A stretch of DNA of 64,000 nucleotides, from positions 540,863-604,862 of the forward strand of contig JADJFN010000001.1 in the NCBI GenBank assembly GCA_016708565.1, read 5' to 3'. Both the position numbers and the translations under genes were made by a program. Under the pieces are notes generated by a model, which searched no databases, had not been told where the DNA came from, and saw only the letters and a program-made list of their open reading frames with translations. Shown here piece by piece: positions 1 to 8,434 of this stretch; the stretch's first letter is position 1; every line of letters starts with the position of its first letter. This DNA is from Myxococcales bacterium (GTDB lineage Bacteria > Myxococcota_A > Polyangia > Haliangiales > Haliangiaceae).

Positions 1-58
1 CGAGCACCTCGCGGTGGCCGATGCGCTCGTCGAGCCAGTCGCCGATCCGCGCGCGCAT
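1..58 (-). CDS. Cytochrome b N-terminus (partial; gene continues beyond window start). Start ATG overlaps the Rieske stop (ATGA).
   Basis: Reverse-strand translation MRARIGDWLDERIGHREVL resembles the cytochrome b/b6 N-terminus (..DWFEERL..). Positioned directly downstream of the Rieske gene with a 4-nt overlap. Confidence 0.4.
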   Translation of the reverse strand, partial: MRARIGDWLDERIGHREVL

Positions 59-618
59 CACGCCGGCTTCCGATCGGCGCCGCCGGGCTGGTAGCGCACC
101 CAGGTCACCTTGACCCGGCCGCGCTCGATCACCACCGGCAGCGGATCGAGGCCGCGCTCGGCGGGGCCGCTCAGGCGCGCGCCGTCGAGATCGAAGGTCG
201 CGCTGTGGCACGGGCACTCGAACCGCTTGGCGCCCTCGGCGAACCCGATCGCGCAGCCCTTGTGCGGGCACACCGACGACAGCGCCGCGATCTGGCCGTC
301 CTTGCCGCGGCGCAGCCACGCGGCGCCGAGCACGACGTTGGCGGTCGACGCGTAGGCGTCGCGCACGCTGGCGGCGACCAGCGGCACCCGCACCGGCAGG
401 TCGCCGACCTGATCGGCGGCGATCGCGTCGATCGGATCGGTCGGCGACGAGACGACGACCGCGCCGACCGGGTGGCCGACCAGCCGCGCCACCGGCACCA
501 GCAGCGCCGCCCCGACCCCGCCGCCCACCGCGCAGGTCGCGACCTGCAGGAACCGGCGACGGGTGGCGTCGCCAGCAGAGGAGGAGGGCGGATCGCCGGT
601 CGGGTCCTGTTCGCTCAC
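58..618 (-). CDS. Rieske [2Fe-2S] iron-sulfur protein (bc1/b6f-type) with Tat signal
   Basis: Twin-arginine motif RRRFLQ. Rieske boxes CPHKGC and CPCH. 186 aa. GTG start. Confidence 0.85.
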   Translation of the reverse strand: MSEQDPTGDPPSSSAGDATRRRFLQVATCAVGGGVGAALLVPVARLVGHPVGAVVVSSPTDPIDAIAADQVGDLPVRVPLVAASVRDAYASTANVVLGAAWLRRGKDGQIAALSSVCPHKGCAIGFAEGAKRFECPCHSATFDLDGARLSGPAERGLDPLPVVIERGRVKVTWVRYQPGGADRKPA

Positions 619-731
619 CGGCGCAGTCTACGCCGCGCCCCCGGCGCTGGTAACCGAGCGACCGCGCGAAGCGAGCGGCGCCATGCCGCGGCGCACGGCG
701 CGTCCCCGCGCGGCGCGGCCCGCGCGGGCCA

Positions 732-1136
732 TCACCCCATCGTGCGCTCTTCGCGCTCCTGGTCTTCCTTGCAGCGGATGCACAAGCTCGTCTCGGGGCG
801 CGCCTCGAGCCGCTTCTTGCCGATCGGCTCGTCGCACGACTCGCAGTTGCCGAACGTGCCGTCGTCGATCTTCTTGATCGCGAGATCGAGCTTCGACAGC
901 AAGCTCTTGTCGCGGCCGCGCAACCGGAACTCGAACGACTGGGTGTACTCGGCCGAGGCCAGGTCCATCTCGTCGGGCAGGTCGCTCGGATCCAGCGTCA
1001 TGTTCTCGGTGAGCGTCTGCCGAGCGCGATCGACGACGTCGCGACGCTTGCCCTCGAGCAGCTCCTTGAACTTCTGCAGTTCTTTCTTGGTGAGCGGCTT
1101 GGCCGCCGGCGCTGCAGTGCTGCTCGTGGTCGACAC
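732..1136 (-). CDS. dksA: DksA/TraR-family C4 zinc-finger transcription factor
   Basis: C-terminal CESCDEPIGKKRL...CIRC four-Cys finger and coiled-coil N-terminal part. Likely GTG start near 1136; the longer six-frame ORF N-terminus is Arg-rich junk. Confidence 0.75.
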   Translation of the reverse strand: MSTTSSTAAPAAKPLTKKELQKFKELLEGKRRDVVDRARQTLTENMTLDPSDLPDEMDLASAEYTQSFEFRLRGRDKSLLSKLDLAIKKIDDGTFGNCESCDEPIGKKRLEARPETSLCIRCKEDQEREERTMG

Positions 1137-1324
1137 GTCGTGCCCCTTCGTGAAGATCGGGAAGCCGGAGCGTCCGGCGCGAAAGGCCGCATACCATAGT
1201 GGCGGCGCGGCTGCCTGACAACCCCTGGGCCTGGCTACCCACACCGGGCGTCGCCGATCTCGACTCGCACGTGTGGGGGAGGCCGTCCACACCTTGACAC
1301 CGTGTAGGTGAACCGCCGAGAATC

Positions 1325-1534
1325 ATGTGCACAATGTCCGGCTCCGACAAGCGCAAGCAGTCTCTCTACTTCCCTGAGGACATGCTCAAAGAGATCCAGG
1401 ACGAGGCGGCCCGGCAGGACCGGTCGCTCTCGTGGATCGTCCAGAAGGCCTGGAAGATCGCGCGCAAGGAGATCATGAAGTACCCGTCCGTGAACGAGTT
1501 CCCGGGCGAGGACGATCCCCGCGAGAACCCTTGA
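1325..1534 (+). CDS. Small ribbon-helix-helix (CopG/Arc-like) DNA-binding protein
   Basis: 69 aa. The QSLYFPEDMLKEIQDEAARQDRSLSWIVQKAW segment is typical of an RHH beta-strand plus two helices. Followed 3 nt later by the hydrolase gene. Confidence 0.6.
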   Translation: MCTMSGSDKRKQSLYFPEDMLKEIQDEAARQDRSLSWIVQKAWKIARKEIMKYPSVNEFPGEDDPRENP

Positions 1535-1537
1535 TTC

Positions 1538-2422
1538 GTGCGCTGGGGGTACGCCGCGTCGCCGTGCGATGGGACGCGGCTGTTTTACGAGGATGAAGAT
1601 CGTGGGGATCCCCGGACGCCGGTGATCCTCTGCGACGGGATCGGGTGCGACGGCTACGTGTGGCGCCACCTGCGCGCTGCGCTGGAGCCGCGCCGCGTGA
1701 TCCACGGCCACTACCGCGGGCACGGTCGCTCCCAGCCGCCGCGCCGGGCCGGCTGCCTGGAGATCGAGGACCTGGCCGACGACGCGGTGGCGATCCTGGA
1801 CGACGCCGAGATCGGCTGCGCCGTGTGGATCGGCCACTCGATGGGCGTCCAGGTCGCGCTCGAGACCTGGCGCCGCCACCCCGATCGGGTGGCGGGGCTC
1901 GTGCTGGTGTGCGGGGCGCCGGGGCACCCCCTCCGCACCTTCCATGGCGCCGACACCTTGGAGCACCTGCTGCCGACCATCGAGCGTTGGGTCGTGAAGG
2001 TGCCGGGTGTGGTCAACCGCCTCACCCGCAACCTGCTGCCGACCCGGCTGGCGCTGGAGATCGCCGGCCGCCTGGAGATCAACCGCGAGCTGGTCGACCC
2101 GGACGACTTCATGCCCTATCTCGAGGGCATGGCGCGCATGGACGTGCGCACCTTCGTGGCCATGCTGGCGGCGGCCGGCCGCCACTCGGCCGAGGACCTG
2201 CTCGCCGCGATCGACGTGCCGGTGTTGGTGGTGGCAGGTGGGCGCGACGGCTTCACGCCGCCCGAGCGCAGCCGCTTGATGATCGAGCAGGTGCCCGGCT
2301 GCCAGGGCCTCGAGATCGAGGATGGTTCGCACACGGCGCCCATCGAACGGCCCGAGCGAGTGAACGGCGCGATCACCTCCTTCCTCACCGATCGAGTCGA
2401 CACCAAACTGCCACTTACCTGA
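1538..2422 (+). CDS. Alpha/beta-fold hydrolase
   Basis: GHSMG nucleophile-elbow motif. 294 aa. GTG start. Confidence 0.8.
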   Translation: MRWGYAASPCDGTRLFYEDEDRGDPRTPVILCDGIGCDGYVWRHLRAALEPRRVIHGHYRGHGRSQPPRRAGCLEIEDLADDAVAILDDAEIGCAVWIGHSMGVQVALETWRRHPDRVAGLVLVCGAPGHPLRTFHGADTLEHLLPTIERWVVKVPGVVNRLTRNLLPTRLALEIAGRLEINRELVDPDDFMPYLEGMARMDVRTFVAMLAAAGRHSAEDLLAAIDVPVLVVAGGRDGFTPPERSRLMIEQVPGCQGLEIEDGSHTAPIERPERVNGAITSFLTDRVDTKLPLT

Positions 2423-2626
2423 AGTGTTACTGGCAATTAGATGCTGTCATGAGGTGGCCTCAGGGTGGGTCGGAGGTGCGACGGATTTTCCGTAAAAAGT
2501 CGTGGCATTTCGATCGGTGTTGGTGCAAGGTGCGCTCCCACGCAGCAAGCCATTTTGGGGGCTTAGCCGCGGGTTGTGCGTTTTGCCGCGTCCTTTCGAC
2601 ACGGCGGCGCGAGAAAGAGTGAGGAA

Positions 2627-3022
2627 ATGACCCGTCCCGTCCTGCGCCGCCCTGAGGATGATAACGATGGCCTCGTCGCCCTGCCGCCGATCACGGTGGT
2701 CCGGCAGCGCCTGCGCACCACGGTCAAGGAGTTCGCGACCGCCGCCCCCGGCCGTCGCGCCGCCGCGCTCGCCGCGGTCTGGATCGCCGCCACCGGCTGC
2801 GAGGCCGACCTCAACCACTACGATCCCGAAGAGGCGCTGCGCACCTACCGCCTGATCGAGAGCGAGCTCCGCGCCGAGCTGCGCATCAGCGTCGGCCGCG
2901 GGATCACCAACGAGCCGCACACCGCGACCCGCAACACGATGATCCAGATGCTCGAGCACCTCGAGGAGCTCGAGGCCGCCGCCGTGGCGCCCCGTCCGGC
3001 GCGCCGCCGCCGCCGGCGTTGA
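2627..3022 (+). CDS. Hypothetical protein with Arg-rich C-terminus
   Basis: Good RBS GAGGAA 6 nt upstream of ATG. The ORF ends just before a palindromic repeat element. Confidence 0.5.
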   Translation: MTRPVLRRPEDDNDGLVALPPITVVRQRLRTTVKEFATAAPGRRAAALAAVWIAATGCEADLNHYDPEEALRTYRLIESELRAELRISVGRGITNEPHTATRNTMIQMLEHLEELEAAAVAPRPARRRRRR

Positions 3023-3030
3023 TCGTAACC

Positions 3031-3130
3031 TTAGAGGGTCTTTCGCAAAGACCCTCGCTGGTTTTTGGAGGGTCTTTCGCAAAGACCCTCCCCCACAAGA
3101 CGTGGGGCCCCCACCCGAAACGCGAGAGCG
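3031..3130. repeat. REP-like intergenic palindromic repeat: two copies of the hairpin GAGGGTCTTTCGCAAAGACCCTC, a CCCCAC/GTGGGG hairpin, and the tail CCCCCACCCGAAACGCGAGAG
   Basis: Directly visible perfect 10-bp inverted repeats duplicated in tandem. The same architecture and tail motif recur at 12944..13105. Confidence 0.8.
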
Positions 3131-3316
3131 CTGCGCGGGCCGGCCACGGCGAGGCTCGGCGGCGTGGCGGTGGCCACCAGGCGGGCCTGTCCGGGAGCGG
3201 CCGGATTCCGGCCATCCCGGACACGTTCTGGCCGGATTTCCGGCCAGCCGGACACCGCAAGTAGCTGAGATCGCGTGGGGTGGGTGGACGGCATCGGCGT
3301 TGCTCTACGCGCGCGC

Positions 3317-3823
3317 ATGCGCGTGGCGTTGATGGTGCTGGTAGCCGTGGTGGTGCCGTCGTTGGCCGCTGCCGATTGTCCGTCGCTCGACGCCATCCAG
3401 CGCAGGGCCGAGGCGTTCGCCGGGCTCGATGGCGCGCCGACCTGGCGGGCGCGCTCGCGGTGGTCGGCGGTGGTGCCGGTGATCAGCGCCCGCGCCACCA
3501 CCGACACCGGCTGGGAGGAGGGCGGGCCCGCCAGCCGGGCGACGGTCGGGCCCGTGGAGCGGCAGCAAGCCTTCGACGTGCGGCTGACCTGGCGCCTCGA
3601 GCGCCTGGTGTTCAGCCCCGACGAGCCCCGGCTGTTCGAGTCGGAGCGCCGCGCCCGCCGCGATCGCATCGCGCTGCGCCAGGAGGTGGCGACCGCCTAC
3701 TACCGGTGGCGCCGGGTCGCCGCCCAGGCCGGGACCGACGACGGCGCGCTGGCGGCGGCCGAGGCGTTCGCGCAGGTCGACGCGTTCACCGGCGGCTGGC
3801 TGGCCAAGGTCGGCTGCCCGTGA
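3317..3823 (+). CDS. Secreted hypothetical protein (signal peptide)
   Basis: N-terminus MRVALMVLVAVVVPSLAAA. Its stop overlaps the GTG start of the downstream PilZ gene (GTGA). Confidence 0.55.
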   Translation: MRVALMVLVAVVVPSLAAADCPSLDAIQRRAEAFAGLDGAPTWRARSRWSAVVPVISARATTDTGWEEGGPASRATVGPVERQQAFDVRLTWRLERLVFSPDEPRLFESERRARRDRIALRQEVATAYYRWRRVAAQAGTDDGALAAAEAFAQVDAFTGGWLAKVGCP

Positions 3824-4263
3824 TCGCCGAGAATTTGCGGTGGCGCCGGTCCGCCGGCGACAATGTCGGTGTCGTGGCTTCGCTCCCCAGCTCCGAGCGC
3901 GCGTTCCCGCGCCACGCCGTCGACGCCGCGATCACGCTGGCGCGCGGCGGCGAGGTGGTGGCCCGCGGCCGCACCCGCAACCTGTCCCGGGGCGGGCTGT
4001 GCGCGGTGGTCGGGGCCGCGGTCCCGCGCGGCGCGGTGGTCGACGTCGGCATCTCGCTGGTGTTCTCGACCGACGGCGTCTCCGAGCCGCTGACCCTGCC
4101 GGCCCGGGTGGTCTGGTGCACGAGCTTTTCGGACGCCGAGCAGATCGGCCTGTCGTTCCTGCCGCTCGATCCCACCCAGGCCGCGTACCTCGACATGTTC
4201 ATCCGCTACCTGGTCACCCACGACGACGACGGCGGACCTACATCCGACGATCCGTTCGGCTGA
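3820..4263 (+). CDS. PilZ-domain protein (c-di-GMP receptor)
   Basis: RxxxR...(D/N)xSxGG pattern: RGRTRNLSRGG. About 147 aa. GTG start overlapping the upstream stop. Confidence 0.7.
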   Translation: MIAENLRWRRSAGDNVGVVASLPSSERAFPRHAVDAAITLARGGEVVARGRTRNLSRGGLCAVVGAAVPRGAVVDVGISLVFSTDGVSEPLTLPARVVWCTSFSDAEQIGLSFLPLDPTQAAYLDMFIRYLVTHDDDGGPTSDDPFG

Positions 4264-4387
4264 GTGATCCATCGTCGTGGGCGTCGGCGCTTTCGCTGGG
4301 CCGACCGTTTCGACTACCATCGCCACAACGGGGACGCGCACGGTCACGGGAGCGTCTCCCGCGGCTCGGCGCGCCCGGGAGTGATCC

Positions 4388-7300
4388 ATGCGCCGTCGCT
4401 TGCGCCGCTTGTCTACCTTCATCGGGTTCGTCGTCGCGCTGGGCCTGACCACCCACGCCCACGCCCAGCCGGTCAAGCCCCGCATCTCGGTGATGGTGGA
4501 CTCGTCGGGGTCGATGCTGCTGACGCCGGAGATCGTCACCATCGCCGAGACTTGCGTCGCGCAGGGCTGGAACGGCTGCACGAGCAGCGGCAACCCCACC
4601 GCCGCGCAGGAGACCTGCAACGCGTGCATGGCCTGGACGACCCGCGTGTCGCCGACCTGCGCGAGCAGCTTCACGGCGACCTGCCGGTCGACCTACACCA
4701 ACTGCTACCGCTTCTTCTACGGCTCGACCGCGACCTGCGGCCAGTCGCTGAACCTCTCCGAGGGCGTGCCGACCCGCGGCGACGGCACCGCGCTGACGCC
4801 GGGTTGCGACGTCGACGGCGACGGCCAGGCCAACGACAGCCGCATGTACCAGGCCAAGGAGGCGGTCAACAACGTCGTCGCAACGTTCGGCGAGGTCGAG
4901 TTCGCGCTGTGGCGCTACGCCCAGGTCGAGGGCGGGCAGACCTGCGCCTCCGACGCGTCGTGCCCCGACACCCCCGGCGGCTCCAGCGTCCTCACCTGCG
5001 AGAACGTCGCCGGCGCCAACGTCTGCGCGCTCGACGCCGCCAACATCGGCTCGGCGACCGGCCAGTGCAACATGTTCACCTGGAACGGCGCCGACAACAC
5101 GTTCGCGTGCTCGCAGTGCAACGACGGCGGCGGCAGCGCCGAGCGCCTGCTGTGCGAGGCCTACCAGCTCGATCGCATCCGCACCGGCGGGTCGAGCCCG
5201 CTGGCCGGCACCGTCAACTGCGCGCTGCCCAGCACCAACCACCCGTTCATGATGAACCACGGCGGCTGCGATCCCTCGGGCGGCGAGCGCCTGGTCGACT
5301 TCCCGGCCACCGGCTTCGACGACAACTACGCCCAGATCCGGCAGTGGATCGATCACCAGCAGCCCAACGTCTCGACCGACGTCGAGATCAACGCCCAGGG
5401 CGGCACGCCGATCGCCGCGTCGCTGCGCGACATGCGCACCGCGGTCTTCAACTCGGCGCGGCTCGACACCCGCACGCCGTGCCGCAAGCACCAGGTCATC
5501 TTCCTCACCGACGGCGGCGAGAGCTGCGAGACCGTCGCGGCGGCGGTGACCGCGGCCGGCACGTTCCAGAACATGTCGTTCACCAACGCGGCCGGCACCG
5601 TCGTCCCCGACTACGACGTGCCGGTCTACGTCATCGGCTTCGCGGTGTGCCCGCCCGGCCAGCCCAACTGCCAGACCCGCCAGGACCTCAACTCGATCGC
5701 CGCCGCCGGCGGCACCGGCACCGCGATCCTGGTCAACAACCAGCTCGAGCTGCAGCTGGCGCTGGCGCAGATCGTCGCCAACTCGGTGCTGGCCGAGCGC
5801 TGCAACAACCTCGACGACGACTGCGACGGCGCGGTCGACGAGGACTTCCCCGGTCGGGGCGCGGCGTGCTCGGCCGGCGTCGGCGCGTGCTTCGCCAACG
5901 GCACGGTCGTCTGCACCGCCGATCAGACCGGCCTGGCGTGCAACGCCACCGCCGGCGCGCCCAGCCCCGAGGTGTGCAACGGCCTCGACGACAACTGCGA
6001 CGGCCTGATCGACAACGGCATCAGCTGCACCGGCTGCGTGCCGGTGTGCACCGACGCCGCGCACTGCGACGTCTGCAACAACATCGACGAGGACTGCGAC
6101 GCCGTGATCGACGAGGACTTCGTCGCGACCTCGTGCGGCGTCGACACCGGCGCGTGCGCGCCCGGCGCCACGGCGTGCGTCGCCGGCACGCTGTCGTGCA
6201 CCGGCGGCGTCGGCCCGGTCAGCGAGACCTGCAACAACGTCGACGACGACTGCGACGCGATCGTCGACGGCATGACCCAGGCCTGCTACCCGCCGGCCAC
6301 CGCCGGCTGCAACCCGATGACCGGCGTATGCCAGGGCGTGTGCCGGCTCGGCACCCAGACCTGCACCACCGGCAGCTTCGGCGCCTGCACCGGCGCGCGC
6401 ACGCCGGGCCTCGAGATCCCGTGCAACGGGCTCGACGACGACTGCGACGGCCTGGTCGACGAGGGCGGCGGCGTCGAGCAGTGCAACGGCCTCGACGACA
6501 ACTGCAACGGCATGGTCGACGAGGGCGTCGCCACCACCGACCCCGACATCGGCGACGCCTGCGGCACGCCGCCGTTCGTCGGCGCCTGCCGCCAGGGCGC
6601 GATCGCCTGCGTCGCCGGCGCCGAGGTGTGCCAGGGCGAGATCAACCCCACCGGCGAGGTGTGCGACAACGTCGACAACGACTGCGACGGCACCGTCGAC
6701 GACAGCGTGCCCGGGTTCGGCGGGCCGTGCGGCTCGAGCGTCGGCCGCTGCGATCCCGGCACGCTGCAGTGCGTGGCCGGCGCGCCGGTGTGCGTCGGCG
6801 CGGTCGGCCCGTTCGCGGAGGTGTGCAACAGCCAGGACGACAACTGCAACGGCGCGACCGACGAGACCGACCCGATGCTCGGCGACACCTGCGCCACGCT
6901 GCCGGGTGGCGGCACCGTGCCCAGCGAGACCGGCGAGTGCCAGTTCGGCGTGCTGGCGTGCCAGGCCGGCGGCCTGACCTGCGTCGGCGCGATCGGCCCG
7001 GTGGTCGAGCGTTGCAACGCGCTCGACGACGACTGCGACGGCCTGGTCGACGAGACCTTCCCGACGCTGGGCACCGCCTGCGACAACGGCGCGCTCGGCG
7101 TGTGCCGCCAGACCGGCGTCGTGGTGTGCTCGCCCAGCGGCGGCACCACCTGCACCGCGCCGCCCGGCGTGCCCGGCACCGAGACCTGCAACGGCCTCGA
7201 CGACGACTGCGACGGCACCGTCGACGACGGCCCGCTGCCGCTGGTCGGCACCGAGTGCGCGCCGGCCACCGGCGTGTGCGCGCCCGGCCTGTGGGCCTGC

Positions 7301-8434
7301 ACCGCCGGCGTGCTCACCTGCGGCCAGCCCAGCTCGGGCTCGCCCGAGGTCTGCAACGCGTCGGACGACGACTGCGACGCGCAGGTCGACGAGAGCCCGC
7401 CCGGGTCGCCGCTGCCCGGCGAGGAGGAGCCGTGCGTCGAGCCCGGCTTCGAGGCGAACATGGACATCGGCGAGTGCGAGTTCGGCCAGACCGAGTGCGT
7501 CGCCGGCGGCCTCGACTGCATCGGCTACCAGGGCCCCAGCCCGGAGATCTGCGACGGCCTCGACAACGACTGCGACGGCAACGCCGACGACCTGGCGACG
7601 TGCCCGGGCCCGACCGACGCCTGCCACGCCGGCACCTGCGTCCAGCCGTGCGGCGCCGGCGAGTTCCCGTGCGGCGGCGGCTTCATCTGCGAGCACCTCG
7701 ACGACGTGCCGGTGCCGGGCAACTACTGCGTGCCCGACCCGTGCAACGGCGTGACCTGCGCCGCCGATGAGGTGTGCGACCCGGCCACGCGGATGTGCCG
7801 CAACCTGTGCGACGGCGTCACCTGCCAGACCGGCGAGCAGTGCCAGCTCGGCACCTGCGTCGACTGCTTCGACGTGCCGAGCCTGTGCATGCCGGGCGAG
7901 CTGTGCGTGCGCGACGGCCAGGGCGTCGGCCAATGCCAGGACAACCCGTGCGACCCCAACCCGTGCCAGGTCGACGAGACCTGCGTCGAGGGCGTGTGCA
8001 TGGGCGGCTGCGGCGCCGGCTGCCCCGACGGCCAGGCCTGCGTCGGCGGCACCTGCGTCAGCGACCCGTGCGACGGCGTCACCTGCCGCACCGGCGAGGT
8101 GTGCGACCCGGCCACCGGCGACTGCGTGAACCAGATGTGCAGCGGCGTGCAGTGCCGCCCGGGCGAGGTCTGCGTCGAGACCACCGGCGACTGCATCGCC
8201 GATCCGTGCGTCACCACCAACTGCCCGATGGGCCAGACCTGCAGCGTCGATCCCGGCGGCCGCCCGGTGTGCGCCGATCCCGACGCCCCGACCGTGGATC
8301 GCGTGACGGCGGCCGGCGGCGGCTGCGCGGCCGGCGGCGGTGGCGGTGGCGGCGCGGGCGCGGCGATCGGCCTCGCGCTCGTGGCCTGGACGCGACGCCG
8401 GCGCCAGCGCCGCGCGGCGGGAGGTGCGGCGTGA
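4388..8434 (+). CDS. Giant secreted protein: signal peptide, von Willebrand factor A domain, about 12 MopE-type Cys-rich putative metal-binding repeats (CNxLDDDCDGxVDE), a Cys-rich C-terminal region, and a MYXO-CTERM sorting signal
   Basis: VWA MIDAS-like motif ISVMVDSSGSM. Repeated C-x3-DDDCDG-x2-DE units. The C-terminal GGGCAAGGGGGG...ALVAWTRRRR matches the MYXO-CTERM pattern. Confidence 0.85.
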   Translation: MRRRLRRLSTFIGFVVALGLTTHAHAQPVKPRISVMVDSSGSMLLTPEIVTIAETCVAQGWNGCTSSGNPTAAQETCNACMAWTTRVSPTCASSFTATCRSTYTNCYRFFYGSTATCGQSLNLSEGVPTRGDGTALTPGCDVDGDGQANDSRMYQAKEAVNNVVATFGEVEFALWRYAQVEGGQTCASDASCPDTPGGSSVLTCENVAGANVCALDAANIGSATGQCNMFTWNGADNTFACSQCNDGGGSAERLLCEAYQLDRIRTGGSSPLAGTVNCALPSTNHPFMMNHGGCDPSGGERLVDFPATGFDDNYAQIRQWIDHQQPNVSTDVEINAQGGTPIAASLRDMRTAVFNSARLDTRTPCRKHQVIFLTDGGESCETVAAAVTAAGTFQNMSFTNAAGTVVPDYDVPVYVIGFAVCPPGQPNCQTRQDLNSIAAAGGTGTAILVNNQLELQLALAQIVANSVLAERCNNLDDDCDGAVDEDFPGRGAACSAGVGACFANGTVVCTADQTGLACNATAGAPSPEVCNGLDDNCDGLIDNGISCTGCVPVCTDAAHCDVCNNIDEDCDAVIDEDFVATSCGVDTGACAPGATACVAGTLSCTGGVGPVSETCNNVDDDCDAIVDGMTQACYPPATAGCNPMTGVCQGVCRLGTQTCTTGSFGACTGARTPGLEIPCNGLDDDCDGLVDEGGGVEQCNGLDDNCNGMVDEGVATTDPDIGDACGTPPFVGACRQGAIACVAGAEVCQGEINPTGEVCDNVDNDCDGTVDDSVPGFGGPCGSSVGRCDPGTLQCVAGAPVCVGAVGPFAEVCNSQDDNCNGATDETDPMLGDTCATLPGGGTVPSETGECQFGVLACQAGGLTCVGAIGPVVERCNALDDDCDGLVDETFPTLGTACDNGALGVCRQTGVVVCSPSGGTTCTAPPGVPGTETCNGLDDDCDGTVDDGPLPLVGTECAPATGVCAPGLWACTAGVLTCGQPSSGSPEVCNASDDDCDAQVDESPPGSPLPGEEEPCVEPGFEANMDIGECEFGQTECVAGGLDCIGYQGPSPEICDGLDNDCDGNADDLATCPGPTDACHAGTCVQPCGAGEFPCGGGFICEHLDDVPVPGNYCVPDPCNGVTCAADEVCDPATRMCRNLCDGVTCQTGEQCQLGTCVDCFDVPSLCMPGELCVRDGQGVGQCQDNPCDPNPCQVDETCVEGVCMGGCGAGCPDGQACVGGTCVSDPCDGVTCRTGEVCDPATGDCVNQMCSGVQCRPGEVCVETTGDCIADPCVTTNCPMGQTCSVDPGGRPVCADPDAPTVDRVTAAGGGCAAGGGGGGGAGAAIGLALVAWTRRRRQRRAAGGAA

